Assembly: GCF_008000775.2 (NCBI RefSeq)
Contig: NZ_CP042905.2
Span: forward strand, 3,480,001-3,512,000
DNA: 32,000 nucleotides
Reading direction: 5' to 3'
Source of the DNA: Promethearchaeum syntrophicum
GTDB lineage: Archaea > Asgardarchaeota > Lokiarchaeia > Sigyniarchaeales > Promethearchaeaceae
In this document: one piece after another, positions 26,502-32,000 of the stretch
Numbering within the stretch: position 1 is the first letter of the stretch
Layout: each line of letters opens with the position of its first letter
Made by a program: the position numbers and the translations under genes
The notes under the pieces: model-generated
Databases searched by the model: none
The model's input: the letters and a program-made list of their open reading frames with translations, nothing else
Told to the model about the DNA's origin: nothing

Positions 26502-29246
26502 TTAATTAAATTGTAAATCACTGACTTTATAATCACCGACACCAGTTAATCGATAAGTTATTTCATATTTTTCATTTGCATCAAGTGATTCAATTTTCCA
26601 AACTAATTTATCTTTGCCTTCAAATGAATCTTCTTCATCAGGTTCTAAAGAAAAATCCCCATATTCGAAATTTTCAGGAATAATATCTTGGATTATCACA
26701 TCACTAATTTGATTATTTCCTGTGTTTCTAATAGTCAGAATAATTTCATATTCTCCTTCACTTGCTAATGCAAGGACTTTCTTTCCTTGAATTACTTTTT
26801 TTCTCTGATGTAGAATTGAAATTTCAGGGTTTTCAAAAGATTTTTCGATTGGAGCTCCTGCAGGATAAGTGTTGGCAATAAATTTGATAGTTGAGACAAA
26901 TTCTGTATCTTTTGCTGGTTTGTATGCTTGAATTGGATATTTTACCTTAAAAATCATATCAGAATTGAACATTCCAATTGCATTCTCTTTTAGGTCAGTT
27001 AGTTTTATTCGCACAATATGTTCAATATCAGGTTCCTTATCAAGAGGAATAATTTCTATCATATCTGAATTGATGAAAATTTGTTCACCCAAGTCATCCC
27101 AATCAATATCTGAATCTTCAATATCTGATTCACTATCTCGTTCAACAAAAATTTCAATTTCTCCAGGATTTGGTGGAATAAAACCTGCTTGAATAATTTG
27201 TTCAAATATAATTTCATTTAAATCAGATTTACCAGTATTTTTGGCTTGCAACAAAGCATTAAATGGAGTTATTCGGTACGAAGGTAAATGATCTGCAGAA
27301 TAGATTACATTTGCATTAAACATTGAGACAGCTAACTTCAAATCATCAATTACGATTTTACCAGAACTAGAAACCTTTCGTGAAGATAAAACAAAGAATT
27401 CAACTGTTTTATGGAAATTTGGTCCTAAACCATCTTCGGTTTCAATTTTCCAAGGTATTGATGTCCAAGTTGCACCCGCAGGAATAACTGGAATATCTAA
27501 TGGATCAATATCAATAACCTTTTCTTCAGTTTTCTTATTAATAACATCGAGATTAACTATTTTTACCTGGAACTCACTTTCATTCTCGAACATAACAGAA
27601 CAATCATATAAATCAGGATTATCATCATTTTGATCCATTAAAATCCCTACAAAATTATTTGAATATGCATCAAATTTATCAATTTTAAGACCTGTTAAAG
27701 TATGACCCAAAATTGAGTATTCTACTGTAATCTTCCCTGATCGAATTATAAAGTTCACATCCTCAACCAGAACATTCATATTGAACAATAATTCAGCTTC
27801 TTCATTAGGATTTAGAGATTCTATTTTCCATTCAATATTTTCATAATTTAAATCTACAGATCCTAGAGATACATTAATTAAGTTTATATTGGAAAAACCT
27901 TGACATACTTCTTTATTGATTTTAATATCCTTTAATTGATAATCCATTATATTCTTAATATTCAATTTAAATAATACTCTATTCTCAAAATCAGGAAAAA
28001 GGGAATACGATAAGAGATCTTCATCATTAATCGTGCTTATAAATTCATTGATTTTTATTGCTGGTTCTTCAACATGTTCAATTTTATAATTAGTTTGAAA
28101 TTCTTCTTGAGGACCTAAATTTTTAACATGAATTTCATCATCCAAATTAATTAACTTTTCTTTTATAAAGGAAACTTCAATATCCCAAATTTTATCAGAT
28201 TCTGATGGATTCTTGATACAAAAAAGTCCAGATGAGATTCTATCCTCTTCAATGTCGAATTCTGAATTGTAATCATAGTGATATTCAACATTTTCAATGA
28301 TTTCTAACGGAACAGAAAGACCTGATATATCGTGATCTCGAAGTGCTATCTCCCCTTCTTTTTTTCCTGTCCGACTATCATAGGTCTCAACAGAGGCTTC
28401 ACTTAGATTTTGATTCGAATTATTTGTTGATCTGCTAGAAAGGATGCTCAATTCTTCATCTAATTGAATTTCCTCTGATTTAATCTTGTTTAAGATTTTA
28501 TTTATTCTATCTTTTTCACTTCTTTTTTTTTTCTTTTTGATACGCCCTTTTTTTCCACTATTTAAATGATTATCCAACTTTTTAATCATTTGTCCTTCAA
28601 TATTCTTCTTCTTCTCTTCTTCTAGCTCTTTTCTTTTCTGTTCTTCTAACTCTTTCCTTTTCTGTTCTTCTAGCTTTTTCCTTTTCTGTTCTTCTAGCTC
28701 TTTTCTTTTTTGCACTTCTAAGTCTTTTCTTTTCTGCTCTTCTATTTCTTTTCTTTTCTGCTCTTCTAGTGCCTTTCTTTTTTGTTCTTCTAATTTTTTA
28801 ATTGATTCTTCGTCTAGAATTATTTCTTGCGATTTACCTACAGAACTTGATTCATTTTTGATTATTAATCGGAGAATTTCCTTTGCTACCTTTTCAATAG
28901 ATTTTTTTCTAATATCTACTCCAGTTTGAACTCGAATAATTAACGGAACATCATCTATATCAATAAAAAGAGGGATAATGTGCTTTCCTAAATATACTGC
29001 CATATCCCGTTCCAATTTAACCGCCTGTGATTTAACAGCTGCTTTGGAGTAGCAGAAAATACATGTGTCTGCAGTTTTTACATGTTTCTCCATATATTCA
29101 ATAATTGATCCTGAAGCATCTTGTTGCCAATAAAATACCTTTTCGATTTCAGAATATTTTTCTAAAATTTCGGAAAGGTGAGGAACTTGAAATATTTCTG
29201 CATCTTTTGTAGCATAACTAATGAAAATCTTAATAGGGTTCGAAAT
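26502..29246 (-). CDS. TIR domain / coiled-coil repeat / multi beta-sandwich (CARDB/DUF11-like) protein; the 5' end lacks a canonical start codon
   Basis: The track ORF starts at ATG 29093, but the frame is open up to 29252. The extra 53 codons read SPISNPIKIFISYATKDAEIFQVPHLSEILEKYSEIEKVFYWQQDASGSIIEY, which corresponds to TIR strand A, helix A, strand B and the BB loop. The domain continues CIFCYSKAAVKSQAVKLERDMA...IIPLFID. After that come (EEQKRKEL)x8, a poly-Lys stretch, and about 650 aa with repeated W-x-I-E beta-sandwich motifs. Confidence 0.7.
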   Translation of the reverse strand: MSNPIKIFISYATKDAEIFQVPHLSEILEKYSEIEKVFYWQQDASGSIIEYMEKHVKTADTCIFCYSKAAVKSQAVKLERDMAVYLGKHIIPLFIDIDDVPLIIRVQTGVDIRKKSIEKVAKEILRLIIKNESSSVGKSQEIILDEESIKKLEEQKRKALEEQKRKEIEEQKRKDLEVQKRKELEEQKRKKLEEQKRKELEEQKRKELEEEKKKNIEGQMIKKLDNHLNSGKKGRIKKKKKRSEKDRINKILNKIKSEEIQLDEELSILSSRSTNNSNQNLSEASVETYDSRTGKKEGEIALRDHDISGLSVPLEIIENVEYHYDYNSEFDIEEDRISSGLFCIKNPSESDKIWDIEVSFIKEKLINLDDEIHVKNLGPQEEFQTNYKIEHVEEPAIKINEFISTINDEDLLSYSLFPDFENRVLFKLNIKNIMDYQLKDIKINKEVCQGFSNINLINVSLGSVDLNYENIEWKIESLNPNEEAELLFNMNVLVEDVNFIIRSGKITVEYSILGHTLTGLKIDKFDAYSNNFVGILMDQNDDNPDLYDCSVMFENESEFQVKIVNLDVINKKTEEKVIDIDPLDIPVIPAGATWTSIPWKIETEDGLGPNFHKTVEFFVLSSRKVSSSGKIVIDDLKLAVSMFNANVIYSADHLPSYRITPFNALLQAKNTGKSDLNEIIFEQIIQAGFIPPNPGEIEIFVERDSESDIEDSDIDWDDLGEQIFINSDMIEIIPLDKEPDIEHIVRIKLTDLKENAIGMFNSDMIFKVKYPIQAYKPAKDTEFVSTIKFIANTYPAGAPIEKSFENPEISILHQRKKVIQGKKVLALASEGEYEIILTIRNTGNNQISDVIIQDIIPENFEYGDFSLEPDEEDSFEGKDKLVWKIESLDANEKYEITYRLTGVGDYKVSDLQFN
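28602..28793 (-). repeat. In-frame tandem repeat, 24 bp x 8, encoding (L/I)EEQKRK(E/A/D/K) heptad-like coiled coil
   Basis: Protein residues 101-164 (numbered from M at 29093) read LEEQKRKALEEQKRKEIEEQKRKDLEVQKRKELEEQKRKKLEEQKRKELEEQKRKELEEEKKKN. The DNA unit is TTCTTCTAGCTCTTTTCTTTTCTG-like on the plus strand. Confidence 0.85.
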
Positions 29247-29414
29247 TGGTGATCACTTTGAATTTTTTTAAGGATTGTGTAAATTTGAGTTTGTTGAGTT
29301 TCAATTAATCTTTACTCGAATTTCTCTTAAATCTTTCTAAGATAAATACCAATTTTGCGTTGAAAATCAAAATAAAATATAATTTAATGAATGCTAGATC
29401 CTTGCTAACGTCTT

Positions 29415-29486
29415 AATCCTTGACTAAAATTTTTGCACGGTTTTTAACTATTGCACTTTTTAAAACTTTTTCATTCTTGAGTGTCA
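29415..29486. repeat. Copy B of the roughly 70-bp repeat: decayed orphan copy of the DDAH-like gene 5' end (ATG lost, frame broken)
   Basis: The minus-strand reading is AAAGTTTTAAAAAGTGCAATAGTTAAAAACCGTGCAAAAATTTTAGTCAAGGATTAA. The intact copy reads AAAATGTTTAAAAGCGCAATAGTTAAGAAACCGTGCAAAAATTTTAGCAAAGGATTG. Confidence 0.7.
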
Positions 29487-29536
29487 TTCTGTATGATACT
29501 TGGGGTAAGCAATTTGTTTCAATTTTCATACTCACA

Positions 29537-29544
29537 TTTATAAA
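29537..29544 (+). promoter_or_regulatory. Palindromic TATA-like box TTTATAAA about 23 nt upstream of the methyltransferase ATG (possible leaderless promoter)
   Basis: The motif was read from the sequence. The ATG at 29567 has no SD-like motif, which is consistent with a leaderless transcript. Confidence 0.3.
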
Positions 29545-29566
29545 TTAGCTATGACTAAATAGAAAT

Positions 29567-30127
29567 ATGGAATTTTTCCCACCATTAGAATTTTCAATAT
29601 TGGGTGGATGGATTTTACTAATCATTGAATGGTCCATTCCAATTCTTACTTTAAGTTTAGCCCCGCACGAAACTCGAAAAAAACTTTTAGACAGAACCCA
29701 TTTTTCAAAAAAACAAAAGCAATTTCTAATATTTTCTAAATTATTTTCCTTAATTTTACTCATTCTGATCTTCTTTACTCCACTTTCACTCAATTCACCG
29801 GAATTCTATATTGGAATAATTATCTTCTTTGTTGGAAGTCTCATCCAAATAATTGCTTTAATAAATTTTATAAAAACTCCAATGGATAAGCCCGTTACTA
29901 CTGGGATGTATAAAATCTCCCGGCACCCTCAAGATACATCGATTTTTATTTCCTATATTGGAATTTGTTTGAGTATAGGGTCTTGGGTTGCACTCATATT
30001 ATTATTTCTTGGCCATATTTTTAAGCATTACAGCGTATTGGCCGAGGAGGAAGCATGTGCTGAACTATATGGGGAGATTTATGAAGAGTATAGGAAGAAA
30101 ATCCCTAGATATTTGCTTTTTTTCTAA
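29567..30127 (+). CDS. Membrane methyltransferase of the ICMT/PEMT (isoprenylcysteine carboxyl methyltransferase-like) family
   Basis: It has 4-5 TM segments. The C-terminal motif TTGMYKISRHPQDTSIFISYIGICL...LAEEEACAELYGEIYEEYRKKIPRY matches the RHPxY...EE..L...G..Y..Y pattern of this family. Confidence 0.65.
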   Translation: MEFFPPLEFSILGGWILLIIEWSIPILTLSLAPHETRKKLLDRTHFSKKQKQFLIFSKLFSLILLILIFFTPLSLNSPEFYIGIIIFFVGSLIQIIALINFIKTPMDKPVTTGMYKISRHPQDTSIFISYIGICLSIGSWVALILLFLGHIFKHYSVLAEEEACAELYGEIYEEYRKKIPRYLLFF

Positions 30128-30457
30128 CATTGATAGGTCAATTTTTACAATTAAAGGAAAATTTTTGACCTTTAATATTAGAGAGTTCAAAAATCAGAAA
30201 TATTACATTAAGAAAAAGTCGCCCCACTCAAAATATAGGCCGCATAACTATATACTTACCGTCGGTACCTTGAAAGAAAACTTCTTCGATGTACCATTGA
30301 TTAAAATTTTAATATTTTTATAAATTTCACAAAAAACTTTAAAGAAATTCAAAATATATTGAATTTCACACTACGTAATGGGAATTACCTTAATGAATTT
30401 AAATTCAAATACAACATATTGCTTGTAAAAACAGTCAGAAAAAAAAATGAGAGAAAT

Positions 30458-30829
30458 TTAATCTTCTAAAATATCCAAAATTCGATTTGTCGTCGAACGC
30501 ATATTTACAAAAGCCAAGTCCATCCGAGCGTCCTCGTCTAAAACACCAACGATAATATAGTCTAAACCCGCCTGCATTACTATAAACTTCCCGTCCGTGC
30601 CCTGTATGATGCATATGTCGAGTTCCCCTTTTTTTAATTCAAGTAAAACTCGTTCACATGTTGATAAGATGATAGCAGACATGGCAGCGATATGCATTTC
30701 TGAAATACCACTCTCGAGTATGGCGGAGACAATGAGTCCTTCACGCGAAACTAGGGCAGCTGATTCAAGGCCTTCTATTTTTTGCATAAGTTCCCGTAAT
30801 ATGAAATTTAACTGTGCTTCTTCTTCCAT
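30458..30829 (-). CDS. Roadblock/LC7 (MglB-like) domain protein
   Basis: It is 123 aa. LRELMQKIEGLESAALVSREGLIVSA...GELDICIIQGTDGKFIVMQAGLDYIIVGVL is the typical single roadblock-domain pattern. Confidence 0.75.
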   Translation of the reverse strand: MEEEAQLNFILRELMQKIEGLESAALVSREGLIVSAILESGISEMHIAAMSAIILSTCERVLLELKKGELDICIIQGTDGKFIVMQAGLDYIIVGVLDEDARMDLAFVNMRSTTNRILDILED

Positions 30830-31086
30830 TTTGGCACCAACGTGATCAAAGGATTAACAAATTTGTAGATTTTTTTAGATTAACAATTCGATAAATCTTT
30901 TATATCAATTATATTTTATTAAAGACTCTTAAAAAATTTACATAAATTAGTTAACATGGTGTTGGAGAAGGTAAAAATCTATTGTATCTAATTGAGGAAA
31001 AATGAAAAAAGTTAAGAAAAAAAAAGCAGAATTAACAAAAATGAAGAAGTTGAAATGATTTCAAAATCACGTAACCAATCATTAAA

Positions 31087-32000
31087 CTAATCATTGAAGA
31101 AGTTATCAAATTTTTTTATCGCTACTTCTATGCGATTATTGATTCGTTGATTTCTATCAAGTTTACTTTTAATTGCTTCATTACAAATTTTTTTCCCTAC
31201 ATTAACCATTGGGTTTGAGCTCCAATTTACATCGAGAAGCATACATAGATAATAAACAGTTGTTTGAATGAACGCAATACTGAATCCAAAAGAATATGGA
31301 GTTATAGATTTGAATGTCAACTTAGAAGCCGGAACTTTCTGTTCTAAAAGGGCTTGAAATGTAGCATCTAGCTGATAATTTACGACAGAAAGCGCGGTTG
31401 ATCCTTCTTGCATTGGATTTTCACCTTCCTGATGATTAACATCTCCATCGTGTTTCAAAATAACATCGGTGGGTTCTTGTAAGGTAGTCCAAAGAAGTGG
31501 GCTGGTATGTCCCTTACTTCCACCCAGCAATAATTCAAGAACTGAATGTTGACAGAGGGGTGCTGCTTGATATGTACCGAGGATCCCGTTACCTTCTTTT
31601 CCAGTGCTTTCGCTGATTTCTTGCACAAATAAGCCTGTGAGACCTTCTAACCATTGCGAATATGGCATTGAAAATATGTTTCTATACCCTTTTTTGATAA
31701 GGTGGTAAGCATAAACAGCAAATTGCAATGCACTATTCAGATCAATGTTTGATTTGTCCAAATTTTTATAGAGCGCGTATCCATCTTCAAGTCCTTTCTG
31801 AACTTGTTCAACTTTGATACCCGAAATTAAAGCAGGAACAAGCATTACAGAACAAACCGAAGCAGCAAATCTACCCGAAAGGTCGGGAACAGGTAAAATT
31901 GTTGCATTGAATTTTTTAACCATATCATTCATTGGACCTTGGGAGGATAGGGCTAAAATTTTATATTCTTTAAATAGTGGGAGTATCGAATTGACATCTA
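31087..32000 (-). CDS. pgi: Glucose-6-phosphate isomerase (PGI, SIS superfamily); 5' end beyond the window
   Basis: LSGRFAASVCSVMLVPALISG is GRFS...GLLP-like. ISESTGKEGNG is the ESxGK motif. CQHSVLELLLGG is the QHS..Q.l..G motif. The frame stays open upstream of M31932 to position 32000 (DVNSILPLFKEYKILALSSQGPMND), so the track start is internal. Confidence 0.75.
   Translation of the reverse strand, partial: DVNSILPLFKEYKILALSSQGPMNDMVKKFNATILPVPDLSGRFAASVCSVMLVPALISGIKVEQVQKGLEDGYALYKNLDKSNIDLNSALQFAVYAYHLIKKGYRNIFSMPYSQWLEGLTGLFVQEISESTGKEGNGILGTYQAAPLCQHSVLELLLGGSKGHTSPLLWTTLQEPTDVILKHDGDVNHQEGENPMQEGSTALSVVNYQLDATFQALLEQKVPASKLTFKSITPYSFGFSIAFIQTTVYYLCMLLDVNWSSNPMVNVGKKICNEAIKSKLDRNQRINNRIEVAIKKFDNFFND

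Noticed and set aside
29567-30127. The idea that the ICMT-like methyltransferase processes a prenylated small GTPase, as Ste14/ICMT does in eukaryotes.
   Set aside because: The Rag-like GTPase ends ...EYHPLLT with no C-terminal Cys or CaaX box. ICMT/PEMT-fold enzymes are also widespread in prokaryotes with other substrates.
29545-30323. ORFs 29545-29793(-) and 29988-30323(+), which overlap the ICMT-like gene.
   Set aside because: They overlap the motif-bearing methyltransferase frame. They have no motifs, and one starts inside the other gene's promoter region. They are most likely spurious.
30344-30367. A perfect 9-bp inverted repeat, GAAATTCAA-N6-TTGAATTTC, in the 330-bp convergent gap between the methyltransferase and roadblock genes. 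A 6-bp hairpin (GGTCAA...TTGACC) is also present just after the methyltransferase stop.
   Set aside because: These are all-AT-rich short stems in AT-rich DNA and are not followed by a clear oligo-T tract. They are possibly terminators but not distinguishable from chance by eye.
30990-31050. A Lys-rich micro-ORF (MKKVKKKKAELTKMKKLK) in the 257-bp gap upstream of the roadblock gene.
   Set aside because: It is 18 codons of poly-A-derived lysines in an A-rich promoter region, with no SD and no supporting evidence.
1-32000. Search by eye for CRISPR arrays, tRNA/rRNA genes, IS elements, integrases, and toxin-antitoxin or restriction-modification genes.
   Set aside because: I found no regularly spaced 25-40-nt repeats and no GC-rich cloverleaf-like islands. 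No transposase, integrase or nuclease motifs appear in any ORF. This cannot be excluded without tRNAscan/Infernal, but nothing is supportable from reading.
30458-32000. Apparent GC-content rise at the right end of the window. Sampled 60-nt lines give 37-50% in the roadblock gene and about 47% in pgi, versus about 30% in the TIR gene.
   Set aside because: Sampled lines within conserved parts of glnA and ABCE1 also reach about 42%. The difference may reflect constraint or expression rather than foreign origin or a chimeric contig. A sliding-window GC and codon-usage computation is needed.

Overview
This is an AT-rich, tightly packed archaeal chromosomal segment. Hand counts of sampled 60-nt lines give about 30% GC in most genes and 37-50% in the most conserved ones. 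I call about 29 protein genes. I found no rRNA, tRNA, CRISPR array, transposase or integrase. Archaeal core genes are present: RadA, ABCE1, type I glutamine synthetase and an HdrC-like protein. They sit beside eukaryote-like signature proteins: a Rag/Gtr1-type GTPase with a C-terminal roadblock domain, a stand-alone roadblock/LC7 protein and an Rpn11/CSN5-like MPN+ protease. From this I infer an Asgard (Loki-type) archaeon; that is inference only. Several start codons in the ORF track are better placed at a downstream ATG or TTG preceded by a GGTGA/GGAG Shine-Dalgarno-like motif (glnA, surface glycoprotein, GTPase, and the gene after the MPN+ gene). The most unusual locus is 26.3-29.5 kb. It holds a roughly 915-aa cytoplasmic protein built as TIR domain, 8 x EEQKRKEL coiled coil, then multiple Ig-like beta-sandwich repeats. 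Its TIR N-terminus lies upstream of the first canonical start codon, which implies a frameshift or non-canonical initiation. The gene is bracketed by a roughly 70-bp duplication of the 5' end of the neighbouring DDAH-like gene, which looks like an insertion footprint. Other leads are listed below.
- An SD-coupled MPN+ / winged-helix (possibly PCI-like) two-gene operon.
- The Rag-like GTPase lying downstream of a polytopic membrane protein.
- RadA with a 69-aa Lys-rich/acidic N-terminal tail.
- A ThiI paralog that has lost its PP-loop and catalytic Cys.
- A truncated DUF2233 gene remnant.
All homology calls come from motif recognition by eye. No database search was run.
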